A stretch of 61,845 nt of DNA, filler included, from Basidioascus undulatus (GCA_000826855.1; 5 parts of 5 records of this genome joined end to end with filler, not necessarily neighbours in it); one strand, 5' to 3'. Numbered from the whole stretch's first letter, positions 49,415 to 61,845 are shown. Notes: a model not told the origin generated them from the sequence alone. Numbers and translations are program-made.

Positions 49415-51325
49415 TCAACCGCGCGCAGCCTCTTCCTCCTTCTTCTTCACCTCCTCCGAGACCTTCTGGGTCCACTATGCGCTCTCCTCAAGCGACAGAC
49501 CAGTGGTCGTCCCGCGCACGACCGCGTCGGGATCCTTCAGCGCGAATGGGTTCTGGTGCTTATCTTGGTTCAGCTCCGCCAGCGTGTGGTTTGTCTGGGG
49601 GGTTGGGGGTGTAATCAGCCTGTGCAGTCCGGGTATGAGGCTAATGACCGATACAACGTACAAATCGGTGGTTCGCCTCGTCTACCCGGACTTTGTATAG
49701 AATGTCAAGAATCTTGGCGTCCTCGGGCACACTCCAGTACTGTGCGCAGTCGTGTACGTGTGCCATGTCAGAACAAGCCTCGGAAAATGCTATAACGAGG
49801 ACAACAACATACCCGCTTGGCGATGTCCGGAGCCTGAAGGTTATCCCTGGAGAGATGGACATCCAAGAAAATTAGTGATAGACAGGTACGCCAAAGTACA
49901 CAAGAGCTAGAGGGTTAAAGGTTCCTATCACTCAGGCAGATATCCGTTCTCAAGTTCTTGGATGACGCGGGTGTAAGTGTAGATGGCTTCTTCTTCCACT
50001 GTGAGAAGGTACGACTTCTCAGTACAAGTTTTACAGTATAGCACAAAGGACCTACGGATACCGGTGAAACGTTGTCAAGTGCGGGGCGAGAGCAAGTACT
50101 GCCATGAGACTAGTCAGCTGAATATTGCGAAGGGCGTGTAGAAAGATGGCAGTCGACTGACAGCCACGAAGAATGCATTGTAGAAAACACCCTGGGCAGC
50201 GAGTAAGCATGCAGCGGAAAGATATACCATTTTTTCTTCGTTATGTTGATGAAGGTGCTGCAGAATGTCCGGCGACGAACAAGAGCATGAGAAACGTAAC
50301 CGCACAGAAGGGATAAGGACGTGGAACCATTGACAATGTAGGGAGTGGAAGAAAGACTGAACTCACAGCAAGTTCATCCGTTCGTTTTAGGCCTCTTCCT
50401 GTAGAGTGTGAAGCCACCCATTGTCCCGACGCTGCGGTGTCCGAAAGACTCAACTTACATAAGCTTGCTTGAAACCGTCACCGGCAGCGGCACACGCACC
50501 ATGCGACGAAAGCTATGGAGGTGACGGAGTGTCGCTGCGCACATACCAGCCATGCCGGCAATAGATCTGACGGCAAACGAAGTGAGGACGTGGGTTGGAC
50601 AAACAATGATCAGAGCCCAACGTCCTCGAGGAAGTGGACGCGGCGCAGCCAGTAGTCCGAGGATATATGGGCGTTCGGGTCAGATTTGTAGCTAACCGCC
50701 AGGCCACAATGTCAGGTTAAAGGAATTGAAGTGGCATTCCAGGGAGCTTATTCACCCTGTCAGACTTCGAACGCGGTCCGAAGGAACTTTACAAAAAGAG
50801 AAGTCACGCGATCCGACATGTCCCTCGGCTTGTGGTGCAGGACCATGGGACCCACTTTGAAAAGGACGAAAGACCCACGATGCCCATATTAGCTTATGTC
50901 AGGGATACCGATGAAGATGTACGTGTTCCATCCGCAAACTTGCCTTGACTTCTTCCGGGGTGCAGACTGGGTGCATGAGCATCCAGTATCCCGTTTTTTC
51001 GGGTGTGATTCCAAAGCGTCTTCGAACGAGCCGTGTTCTGGCAGCAAGTCAATCAGTCACAAATCCCGGTACTTTTGGGCTGTTGAAATTAATGGCCTGA
51101 AGCAGGCGCACCTTTGAAATGAGTATGCTCGCTGCCGTGGCCGACACGTTCGAGTGCCTCTACATTAGTAGGTTTGGCGGCTTTTTGTTGCTCGGATAGA
51201 TTCGAAGCGGTAAAGAAGGTCCGTTGTGCAGTACTGGCGGAAACAGGGCGTGAAGAGTAGGCGAACGATGCCTGTGGTAGCAATGCGGCTCGCAAGAGGG
51301 GGCGGGCTGGAATGGTCCGGAACAT
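49415..51325 (-). pseudogene. AOX: mitochondrial alternative oxidase pseudogene
   Basis: Presequence MFRTIPARPLLRAA, WMLMHPVCTPEE, WLRRVHFLE|SIAGMAGMCAATLRHLHSFR, RDNGWLHTLQEEA*NERMN, AQGVFYNAFF, YLLSPRT*QRF, EEEAIYTYT, APDIAK.YW, VRVDEANHRF, NHTLA...NPF. In-frame stops at 51089, 50387, 50075 and 49475. Confidence 0.93.
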
Positions 51326-52497
51326 GGCCACTGGTGTGTAAACGTTCAATGTAAGAGAGACGTTGCGAACGAAGAGACGTTTGGAGAACTCGACAGAGAC
51401 GCATTTCACATGCATCTTTATATCTTGGAGGGCTGCGTCGCTGCGATGGACGGAGGCAGATTCAGCTCAGAGCGGGGCAACAGTTGCGCTTCGTGCGTGC
51501 AGTGAAGCGACGGCCGAGTCGACGTTGAATGAAGCTCATGGGAGTCACTCCTCGCAGTCAGCGGGGAAACTGCTGCAACACATGTACATTTATACTCGGC
51601 TCTACTTCACCTGAGAGGGCTTGCTTCCCGTCATGACACCGTCACAATAAGTTCGTATGAAGTCGAATAGGGAAGCACGCAGAACGGCCTCCTGCTGCCC
51701 TTCTCGATGGCTTGGAAGAGACCACCGTCCCTCCACTGCTTGCTCCATCTTTCTCCATGCAGCGGTTCCGAAAATCAGACAGACCTGCGGTCCTGGTACG
51801 CAAACATCCGATTGTCTGCACCATCCATTTGTGGAGCTTTGGACGTCCGTGTAGGCCTGCTCGCGGCCGTGTTCTGGAAAACTGCTCAGTTGCGGTCGGT
51901 CGTCCAGCATGTCCCCGTTACGTACTTTCGTAGGTTAAACCACTACGCACTGCAATATTCTTCGTGGGCTTGCATGCGGCAATGGCGCTGTAAAGGCACC
52001 ACCCATAGTCAAGGGAAAGACCTGGCCGTCCTGCAGCCGCATTGCACAGCCTAGGAAACCCCGCGCAGACTCAGGGACTCCCGTAGACATTCCGCCGTGG
52101 CCTTGCCCAAATCTCATACAAGACCCACTGGTGTACCGATGTTGAAAAAATCAGTTGGCTTCATCAATGTTCACGATGGTGCCCGTGCGGCCCGCCTCCC
52201 TCCAGGCCAGCTTTCGCGTTCACTCGCATTCAGTCGACCGTTGGACTGCTAGCATTAGCTCCCGCGTCACTCCTGCACGCAATATGACGCCAGAAAGGAT
52301 ACCGCCGACCTTCAAGTCCGGTCCGGACCGTCTTGGAGCCCCAAGCTCCACCCGTCCTGCTCCGCGTCACACCTCCTTTGATGCGCAGGTTCTCCTCCCT
52401 GTCCCAGTCCAAGCAGCCCTTCCCACACAGCATCTCGCCACTTCTTGCCACTCATTCAGCCAAGAATCTATAATGCTCCTCCTCCTCCCGTCCCGTG

Positions 52498-54068
52498 TCA
52501 TCCCCCCAGCCCCTCAACGAGCACGACCCGATCCTTCTCCTCCCCGCTCTCCGTGCGCTTCCACGTCTCGATCCGCTCCCCGAACTGCGAAATGTCGAAC
52601 ACGCGGAAGCGTTTGTGGAACCTGTTCATTCCGTTCCGTCGAATTCGAGAGTTAGAAGCAAGGGGAGGAGAGGGTGGGAGGGAGAGGACGTGCCCGAGTT
52701 GGGAGTACCCCGAGAAGGACGACCCGCCGTCGAAGCAGATCCAGATCCCGTCGACGCGCTGTTTCATGCAGCGATGCTTGTCAGTTTTAAAGGAACAGCA
52801 ATGCAGGGATTGCGGAACCCACCTTGCAGTTCTAAATTCCCGAAAGCGCCGCACGCCGCGCAGTAACGAGCAAGTCAACACCCTTCTACTAGAAAGCCAG
52901 CGAGCGAGAGCTGGAAAATACGCACGTCCGTGATCTGCACCCATCGCACCCCCACATCCACCAAATCAGCGCCCTCCTCCTCTCCATTCCCCCATCTAAC
53001 ATCTAACCAACTCAACTCACATGGCAGTGCCCTACGCCCCCGCCACCCTCTTATCAGCCTCCTCTTGTCCCCATTCCCTCCCCCTTTTCCTGCCCACTAA
53101 CCAACTCACCGTGCGCAACGATCCTGACCTCCGGCACTGCCTCTCCCTCCCCCTGCTCGGTCCACTCCTCCCGCGCGCTCCGCAGCGCATCCCAGAACCC
53201 GCTGTTCTTCTTCGGCGCGCCGTCTAGGTCCAACGCGCTTCCCCAGCCCTCGAGTGGGAGGCCGGAGGAGTTCTTGTCCGCAGGAGAGTCTGTTTCCGTT
53301 CCATACATCCTTCCACAGTCAGGTTCCGTGAAGCTGGAGAAAGAAAGATAGAAAAGTAAAGACGTACCGTAGTACCTGTCCCGTCCACCCTCCCATCAGC
53401 CGCCCCACCCTCGCCCCTTCAACCAAAGAAAGAAGCCCACGCACTCCCGCATCGGAATATGCCCCCACAGCATCGCATTCGGCTTCGCCAGGACCTTCTT
53501 CCCCTCCCTCTCCTTCTCCTGCCTCTCCTCTTCCCTTCCCCGCCCACGCACGCGCGCCCACGGGCTCTTCAGGTCCTCCGCCCCGTCGGGCGTGAACGGC
53601 CGCTCGATGGCGTGCGTCCGCGCGGACTGCTCGAGGAACCAGGCTGCTTGACTCTGTTGGTGGGGAGGGGGCGGGGACGGGCGGGGGTGAGGCGAGGAAG
53701 AGGAAAGAAGGGGAGAGAGGAGAGAAGGAGAAAAGGTAGGGTGGAGGGGAAGGAGGGCAAAGGGAGGGTCGCACAGGTTTTATCCAATCATACTCCCTCT
53801 CTGACCCCCACGACAGCCACTGCCTCGGCGCGTAGTCGTGCGTGTCGATAAAGTACAGCGTCAAAAGCGGCGTTTTGGACCTGTCGTTCCATCTCAGATG
53901 CAGAAGGGAAGGGAAGCGGGAAAGGAAGACGCACGCATCCGGCGACCGCACCCTAACGACGTAGTTCCCCGCCCCGTCCACCTCGGCGGGCCCGACTTCG
54001 GCAAGGCTGTACGGCAAAGCGGAGAGGAGCTTCATCTGCTCGCGGCGGATCATGCTGCGCGCCCACAC
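52498..54068 (-). CDS. calcineurin-like metallophosphoesterase, Dcr2/Sia1-like (5' part lost in gap)
   Basis: LPYSL...GPAEVDGAGNYVVRV...LTLYFIDTH...YDWIKP.Q..WF...KPNAMLWGHIPM.EY...VAHGH...VDGIWICFDGGSSFSGY...RFRVFDISQFGERIETWKRTE. Confidence 0.88.
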
Positions 54069-54170
54069 CCCCGCCCAGTCAGTTTCCTTCTCCTCATACC
54101 AGCGAGGGGATGGGAGGGAGAGGGGAAGGGCGGCGAGTGGAGGGAGAGCAGAGGGGAGAGGAGAGAGGAG

Positions 54171-54270
54171 NNNNNNNNNNNNNNNNNNNNNNNNNNNNNN
54201 NNNNNNNNNNNNNNTTAATTAATTAANNNNNNNNNNNNNNNNNNNNNNNNNNNNNNNNNNNNNNNNNNNN
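54171..54270. other. assembly gap with TTAATTAATTAA spacer
   Basis: N-run, TTAATTAATTAA, N-run, following a polypurine tract. Confidence 0.98.
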
Positions 54271-54900
54271 GGAACCCGTTCAAGCTGAGGGTGGGTGGGA
54301 TGGGGTGAAGCTCGAGTGAAGATTTGTTTCGAGCGCCCCCGCGCGTATCGCTTCCCTATGCGCTATCCCGAGTAGTTTCCCCTGTTCTAGAGCACACGGC
54401 GTCCAGGATAAGAAAAAATCTCACTTCGTGGCTGTGTAACCGCACGGGAAGGCCACGGTGAAAGGGGCGGGTAAGTGACCGCGCACGGCGTTCTGATCCC
54501 CTCTTACAGCGGCTTCAATTGCGGGCCGCTTTCAGGCCGACGATCCTTGAATTTGTTCCGCCTTGTAGTCCAAAATTGCAACGGTCGTGCTTTTAATCGC
54601 AGATGACTGATTGGTCAGCGATGTTTCAGAAATCCACCGTTGCAGAAATCAAAGACTGAGTTACGCTATAAGATCACGTTAGAGAATGGATCAGAAGTTC
54701 GGATTCATGCTTGGCAGTGGACGCCACAGCGTGCACACTATCTCAGTCCCCGGAGCTCCCAGCTTGGCCCCGTGGGACAGCGTGCTGCATGCACGCGTCG
54801 GCCAGACCTTCGTAACTCACATTCGGCCATCGGATTCACCAAGTCTTTGCACGGAAGACCGGACAGTAGTCCAGCTTGTCCACCTCCTCCCACCTCACGT

Positions 54901-56363
54901 ATGGCTCGCAAGCCAACCCAGCGGCAGCGGCTTGCGCATCGCCTCTGGCTCACACGCGCCCTCCCCCTGGGTCTGTCTGCTCGCGCTCCTCGGCCTCTAC
55001 ACTCTCCAGCGTGCCCTCCCCCGGGACGCATACGCGTATCCTCCCGGTCGAGCGGGTGCCGAGGACGTGGTTGAGCAGCACGCGGTCGAGGTGAAGAAGT
55101 ACGACTGGCCGTGGGAGGCGATGTACGAGCCGTACGGAGAGCGCGAGCGCGCTGAGGGCCGTGAAGCGTATCTGCCACGGAAATACGGGCAGCGCTTTGT
55201 GATGTTCAATCAGCTCCGGGGGTCAGGGTACAACAACCAAGTGCGTGGTCGAGCTTCCCCCTTCCTCTGAAAAGTTTCCCTGGCTTCGCTTTACGTGCCT
55301 CTGCCGGCCGCTTACGCTTCCCTCCAAGCCCAAGAAATCCTCCTCCTCCATATGTTGAGCCTCCAAACGAACCGCACATACGTGTACTAGCCCCTCGTCT
55401 GGACGTCGCACTGGGGCGGCGGCGTCAAAGTCCGCCTGTCTTCCGTCTTCCCGGGCATCACGTTAACAACGTGCTTATGTCCGACCTCTGGGACGAGGTG
55501 TGCCCCGAATCGGAGCGCATTCGCGTACGGGTTACCGAGGAGGGGGAGGAAAGATTGGACGTCAGGCAGTGGGACCGCGTGAGGAAGGTGCTCGGTGCGG
55601 AGGAGAGGTGCCTGGAGGTGGTGGATTGGTGGATGATCTGGGACTGAGTTCTGCATTTCTTCCTTCTTCTTTCAATGCGAATCCAATTTCCCGGTGCCGT
55701 GACTTACAACTCTGAACATCGTCTTTTACCAACCTTCCCTCGAAGCCGAGTGGACGGCGTACGCAGCCTATCTGTCGAAATACTATCGATGGTCCCCGCA
55801 GGTGGTCGCCCTCGCGGACCGTACCCACATTCCACAACCTCTTTCCTTCCACGCCCTCCCACAATTCACCACCTTTGACGACCGCGAGCCCTACATTGCC
55901 CTGCACGTGCGCCGCGGAGATTTCGAGCTGCATTGCCAGTCCGGTGGGTCATCGGGGGTTCACTACTCGACGGCACTTTCTCTTCCCCCTCGACGTCTCC
56001 TCCTCCCCCGACTCGATCCACAGGCACTGCTATCCCTCCACTCCCGTTTGCTCTCCGTCCTCCGCACCCGCCTCACCCCGTCTCTCCGCACCCTCCTAGT
56101 CCTACACGACCCCTCCCCCACCGGACGCGCAACTGCCACCGTGCTGCGGGACGCTCTCGCGCCCGAGGGCGTGCGCGTCGTGCTCATCCTGGATACGGAA
56201 TCTGGATGATGACGAGAAGGAGGCGGGTGTCCAGGCGGATATCGAGCTGGCTAGGAGCGCGAGCGGGTTTGTGGGGAATGGGCATAGCAGCTTGACGGCG
56301 ATGATCGTTGCGCTGAGGCTTGACGCGGACGGTGGAAGGGTTGAGGAAGTTTTACTGCATTAA
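54901..56363 (+). pseudogene. GDP-fucose O-fucosyltransferase-family glycosyltransferase, disrupted
   Basis: N-terminal TM, FNQLRGSGYNNQ|AQEILL...NRTYVY*P, WDEVCP, YIALHVRRGDFELHC, HCYPS, DIELARSASGFVGNGHSSLT. TAG at 55388-55390 and several frame changes. Confidence 0.8.
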
Positions 56364-56957
56364 TCGAGACTAATTTTCATGGTCTTTGTAGTCTGTTGTG
56401 TGCCCTGTCGACTGGGTTGACTGGAGCACGTCGAAGCTGCCACGGTGAAGGCATTCGCTGCGTCGTCTTGATCAGTCATTACCCGCATCGGACTATCTTT
56501 CTTTCTCATGTCAGAGTATCGTCTCGCTGAAGCTCTCCTTTAAATGGCTTCCCGTAGCATTTTTCGACACAAGCTTTCGACACAAGATTCCAATCACAGA
56601 TGACCAGGCTGTAGACGCAGAGCTTCGCCAGCGTGAAAGACTTACAGTGTTGGATTGTGTGCTGCAAGGCGGGTGTACCTCGGGAAATTAACTATTTGAT
56701 AATTCCATCTGGATCGTTCCTTCCAGTGTAACCGTGCAAATTCGAGATGTTATCCTGCAAATCCAAAAAGCGGTTGAAAGCGGGCTGCGCATCACGGACG
56801 CTTCGCGGAAATCCGACGGACAGACTCGCGTGCCCGGCGCCATGAGTCGCCGCGCCGCGTCCGAGCCTGCCTTTGTCCTGACCGCCATCTACAAACCTTT
56901 CCATCGCCACTTTTCACCACTGACCCACATTCATCTTCAATAAATCGATCGAATATC

Positions 56958-57697
56958 ATGGCCGCGCCATCCGGAATCACCAAAGAGCTCATCGACATCT
57001 CCGGCAGCGGCGCCGACAACTTCGTTAAAGTCCCCTCCCCCTCCTCCTCCTCGTCCCATCTCTCCTCCTAGTCCCTATCCCTGTTCCCTACCATCATCTT
57101 CTCCGACACTCTTCCCACCTTCCCAGCTCTACTATACCGCCTACGACACCGCACGCCCGACGCTGTCCACCTTCTACCGCGCGCAATCCGCGATCGTGTG
57201 GAACGGCAACCCGCTCTCGGGCGCCGTCGCGTTCGGGCAGTTCATCGACCAGCTGCCCGACACGAAGCACGAGGTGCAGTCGTATGATTGCCATCCTATA
57301 GTCGGTGCGTCGCTGCCCTTTCTCATCTCGGCCATCTTCCCTCTCCGTGCTGACTCGGTACCTCCCGCGACGGGAACGCTCAGACTCTCCGCCAAACCCG
57401 CACCGTCCCCCCTCCATCCTCCTCACCGTCTCCGGGCTCGTCGCGCACGGCCAACCCGCGATCGACGCATTCCCCTCAGGGACGCCCGCAGGCTACACGA
57501 AGCCGCACCCGGAATTGTTGCCGCGCGTCTTCAGCCAGACGTTCGTGCTGCAACCGGAGGTCGGGCCGGTGGGCGAGACGAGTTACTTTGTGGCCGGTGA
57601 GTTGAACTCTCTCGCAAGTTAGAGAGGAGCTGGTGAGGCGCGGCGGCTGATACGAGAATGGCATCGGATAGGCGATACGATGCGCTTCGTTGGATAG
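56958..57697 (+). CDS. NXT1: NTF2-related export protein Nxt1
   Basis: ADNFVK|LYYTAYD..RPTLSTFY...IVWNGNP...LPDTKHEVQSYDCHPI...ILLTVSGLVAHG...PRVFSQTFVL...YFVA.DTMRFVG*. Confidence 0.9.
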
Positions 57698-59467
57698 ATA
57701 GATTGGAGGGCTTGCTTGTGAAGGAACTGGACGACTGGCATATATATTATCTACTTAGCTCACCTGCGCGATTGTGGGCTTTTGGACAACACTTATTTTA
57801 CAATCCGTCGTCTTGCACTCACCTGCCGTAACTCAGTTCGCAGCAAATCAATCGAATTTGCTCGACGCTTTTCGATGCAGTCGCCTATTCTGCTCTCGTG
57901 TTTTTCCATTGCGTGTCAAAGTTCTTATACTGCGTCCCGGGTGGCAGCGAGCAGATGCCACCTTGATCAATCGCGCTTTCGCTCGTTCTAAGATCCCGGT
58001 CTCGCCTTGACCTTCTGTCTCTCATGAGGGCCATCTAGTTGGGAAAGCGACTACATGCGGCCTTAAATAATGTCACTAATAAGCGCACATACCACCAGAC
58101 CCCTCTTCAGAAAACGCACACAAATAGGACCAGGTCAATGCCCACTGCTTCCCAACCAGCTCGCCTACCCTCTGAAACGCCAGACCTTTCGGTGACTTCT
58201 CGTGCTTGTCGCAGCTCAAATCCCTCCCCAGCAGACCTATCTTGGCCAAGCCAGGCGAAAGCGAGTCTCTTGTTACAGCCTGTGTACGATAGTGGCCAGC
58301 ATCGGCTTACGCAGCAACATTGCCGGGATGAGCATAGGGGAGTGAACCCAGCCGGCATGATGAGCACCTTCAGCCATGAGTTTCAGAGTTTTTTGGCCAA
58401 GGACCACCGTGGATCAAGTCGCTCGCCGAGGCTGAAAGAGCCCAAGATGTAATTTTCCGCTCCGTCAACATCGCCTGATCCGTTCATCCTCGGCGGGGTC
58501 CCTTCGACTCGTTCTGCAGTCGTATGTAGAACATTATGCGTCTGTTGTTGCATCGAGTGCCTGTGAATGTTCTGTGAAAGAGAGCTCATCCGGACGGAAA
58601 TGTGGCAAATGAGGTCAATCGGTCAGGAACGATCCTTGTAATCAGTGAGTTTTTCCGGAACTACAATTTGTCACTGGCTTTCGCTTTGCTTCAGGCGGAT
58701 CGAATTCTACCTACAGTCTAATTTGGTTTGATCATTGGGACCTTCAAGGCAGTCACTCAAGGTGTAAAATGCTTTGCTCGCTATTGGTGCCCGATTGGAA
58801 AGGCAGATCGACAGCTCGATCCCGATCCGGGCTACAAGCATCCTGCAACCGCAAAGGCTACCCTGCGCAACCCCCCGTCGGCGCATCGATGTCGCCCCGC
58901 TTATTTCCAAGTAAAATGGTTGCACGTGTGGCCGCGTGGTCCGCTCATGGGCCCTGCGCCGGTTAAAGGACAACGCCACTTACGAGCACTTACGGTGGGA
59001 CTGAGCGTTGCTGAGAGAGCAACTGAGCAAAACTTGCGAAGTACTACTCTTTGCAAAGGTGAAACCGGCTATCAGCACAAACGACATGCTCCTGCTCGGG
59101 AATGCCGGGCCGCAGAAGTCCGGAATGGTTTCTTGAAGTGGTTCGGCGGGAAGGGGAGGAAGCAGGAAGAGCTCTTGCCGGGAATAAGACTGGCCAGCGC
59201 CTGCTTGGGGCCGAGAACATGCTGGGTAGGGAGGCCTTGCCGATAGAGGAGCAGGTGAGTAGACGTGGCTTCCGTTGCTGTCACTGGGCATTGACCGAAA
59301 GATGGTCGTCTCCTCAGCTCAAATTCTTCCAGTAGGTACTAGAGAGTCCATAAAAACTTTGCGACGGTGATGAAGTTTCGACTATCAGTCACGCCTACTC
59401 AAAAGTCTGGTTGATTCTCGCATCACGTCTGGGCTGTGGCACTGACTTTTTGCCTTCGAGCAGCTCA

Positions 59468-59855
59468 TGATCACCAAGCGCCACAAGCGCGAGATTGTTT
59501 TCGTCACGAAGGAGTAAGCGAGGAACTGCTCGACTCACTCCCATCACCGTTCCTCAGGTTGCTAGCTTTCCTCGGTCCGCATCCTGATCGTCCCCTGCAC
59601 CCTGCCCGCCGCCAAGCGCTCACGTTTCATCCCGCACCCGCATGCCTTCAAACCCGCACAGAGCAAGACTGCAACGAATCCACGCTCAATCACGCGGATC
59701 TCGGCGGCCTGCTCTCGTGTGGCACTGACCGCCGCGCAGAGACGAAGCAGCTCAAGGCCGACGTGAAGGATGCCATGAGCGCGCGCAAGCCGCTCAGTGT
59801 CACGGCGGGCATTCGGTTCATGGGCAAGTCGGGCTTCTTGTACGTTCTGATTTGA
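59468..59855 (+). CDS. hypothetical gene fragment (3' exons)
   Basis: MITKRHKREIVFVTKE, a GTAAG...CAG intron, then LLAFLGPHPDRP...AETKQLKADVKDAMSARKPLSVTAGIRFMG. No family recognised. Confidence 0.3.
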
Positions 59856-61565
59856 CTCCGGGGCTCCTGCGTCTTCAGCATGCCTAACGACCGGATGGAC
59901 GGATCGGCTGTGCAGTTCGAAAGTCACTGCGGCTGATGTACGATTCGGGGTGCTGCGTTTAACCCCGTTGGAGGTACGCTGCATTGCAAGTGATTTACGG
60001 TGATAGTCAAGTTGAATCTTTAAGTTACACACGCAGCACCGCGACGGCCAAGTTTTCGCATTCGTTGCCATCTTCGGTTAAAAACGACGCATGCTGCTAC
60101 CTTCTTTGCACTATATTCCCCTAATTATACCCTGTCATCGCATTACTGTCGCTCCTTTAAAGACTACCACGGACTGTCGTTTTTTAGAAATAACATTAGA
60201 TCGCACCCGCATTAATTGTACCCCTAAGTGAGGAAAGATCACCTGCACTGCGCCAACAGCGCACCCCACATCACCACAACGCCACTGCGCTCACCACACG
60301 CGACGTGGTCACAGGTTTGCCTGCTTTTCCTACCCTTCCTAGTAGGAAAACCTCTGGAGCCGTTGTGAAAAGTTAATAGCCTGGCAAGTTTTTCGCAGCG
60401 GGAAAGACCCCGTGTAAAACAGTGAGAAACGACCACAACCACATCGCACACTGAGATATACTTGCAGGAAAAGAGAATCATTCAAAGGTGCTGATACAAG
60501 AAATAATGCGATATCCTAGAAATTGAAGCTGGTAAAAGCTCTTTTCCAGGTGCTCGCGCACAAACCGGTGGGCCATCGACCGCGAACTCTTACTGCGAAC
60601 TCTACCGGTAGCTGACACGAGTCCCAGTACAACCAGGTCACAGTCACAGCTGCACAGACGAGCGTAGGAATTGCCGAGAGTGCTTTGTATGTGTTCAGGT
60701 AGGTACACTGGCAAAATCCAGCTTATGTAAGCCGTGATTATCACCGTTTGTCACAGCAATTTTCAGTCAGCGTGTTCCGAACCGTGCGAAAAACCTCTTC
60801 GGGAGTAACATGTTTCTCCCCCGGAGGTTTTCCGCGCTACCCTCACAGGTCCTTTCGACTTGCAGAGGGTGGCGTGCATCTCGCAAACAGCGCGGCATGC
60901 GTGTCACAGTCGCAGCGTCAGGAATCAGTCGCAGGCGTCCGTCGCAGTACCTTGATAAGGTTGACTCTCCAAACTCCCCAGCTACTCGGGTCGTATCCCA
61001 AAACACAATCTCAAACCCACCCCAAACGCAAACGCAAACTGTGTACCCGGTGCAGGCTTCAGCTTACGTAGAGTTGGCGTTTTAGTCGGGGAAGCACAGG
61101 TGATTTTTAGCGTGGCACATGGGCTGCTGCTGATGGCGTTTTACATCACGCCTCACGGTCAGCGGCGATTTGAGCTCTTCGATGTATGCCATTCGAGCAA
61201 TGATGTGGAAAGTGCACAGTGGTTGGTTTGAGCTGGTACATAGGGCTGTTGAAGGGACTGATGAGGACAGCGAAATCTTGCGTGTCTGGCTGAGGTCGAG
61301 GTAATGAGCGGTGCCTGTTCAGTCAGGGTCAGTACACCGAAGGTGTAGCAGCATCCATGAATGCGCAGTCGGAACAGCAACTCGAAGATCATTCAGACGA
61401 TCTCCAGCGATCTCTGCCAAACGGCCGGTGGTAAAGACGCCCCGCTCGGTCAATACCTACGAAGCATGACCTTGGGTCGGACGGGCGGCGGTTATAAAGG
61501 TTTCCATCTCCAAGATGCTCAAGGTCCTTGAAACTCATTCATCCATGCAGAGTTCATTCCCATCC

Positions 61566-61796
61566 TCATTTCCCCGTCCAACCCCTCACCTCCCCGCCCA
61601 TGACCTGCTGCTCTCCGCCTCCCCATCCCCTCACGCCCCCGTCCTGTTCCGCGGGCGGTGGACCGTCCCGACTGACGATGCTCCGTAGCGGGGGGAGCTG
61701 GATTCCGTGCTGCGGGCTGCCCGCCTGTCCGTGGCCGCTTGGCGGGCGGCTCTGCTGCGGGGGGCCGCCCGCGGCAGGTGCGGTGGCGGGCGCGCT
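61566..61796 (-). CDS. 3'-terminal exon of a gene starting beyond the window
   Basis: Branch/acceptor GCTGAT...CTCAG, then APATAPAAGGPPQQSRPPSGHGQAGSPQHGIQLPPLRSIVS...WTGK*. GC-rich, with an LPPLRS motif common in fungal regulatory proteins. Confidence 0.5.
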   Translation of the reverse strand, partial: SAPATAPAAGGPPQQSRPPSGHGQAGSPQHGIQLPPLRSIVSRDGPPPAEQDGGVRGWGGGEQQVMGGEVRGWTGK

Positions 61797-61845
61797 GAGT
61801 TGAGAAACGGCCCCTGCATCAGCGTGTTCCTGCTTGGGACCACGG

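Noticed and set aside
28020..54270. TTAATTAATTAA palindrome repeated four times inside N-runs
   Set aside because: Artificial six-frame-stop scaffold spacer of identical layout, not biological.
49415..56363. Stop-codon reassignment or RNA editing as an explanation of in-frame stops in AOX and the fucosyltransferase
   Set aside because: All three stop types occur together with frameshifts and loss of a catalytic residue, and neighbouring intact genes use TAA, TAG and TGA as normal terminators.
60478..61420. Possible sixth F-box-like relic on the minus strand (SLEIV*MIFELL)
   Set aside because: A single short degenerate motif without the supporting downstream VC..W/LY pattern.

Overview
Intron-rich eukaryotic DNA from a basidiomycete fungus. 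This is inferred from short GT(G/A)(A/C)G...CTGAC/CTAAC...YAG introns and from the gene families present. It is a draft scaffold of five contigs joined by N-TTAATTAATTAA-N spacers. Apparently intact, GC-rich genes are a RhoGAP, DCP2, an HD-domain hydrolase, ERG3, FRA10AC1, a PriA/CPL1-like secreted protein, NXT1 and PET117. Three more genes are cut by gaps: a Rom/Tus1-like PH-CNH protein, ATP4 and a Dcr2-like metallophosphatase. There are three tRNA genes (iMet-CAT, Tyr-GTA, Ala-TGC) and one decayed tRNA-like element. Between these genes lie many decayed ones: a complete but multiply disrupted alternative oxidase (AOX), an O-fucosyltransferase-family gene, a MYND-finger gene, a BTB gene and five F-box-like genes. 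Other notable signals are a near-total CpG desert around tRNA-Tyr, a cluster of short inverted/direct repeats at 19.3-20.8 kb, and a 5-nt microexon in ERG3. I found no evidence of a wholly new enzymatic system. The strongest story is ongoing gene decay, including loss of this AOX copy. All family assignments come from motif recognition, not database searches, and exon boundaries were hand-spliced.
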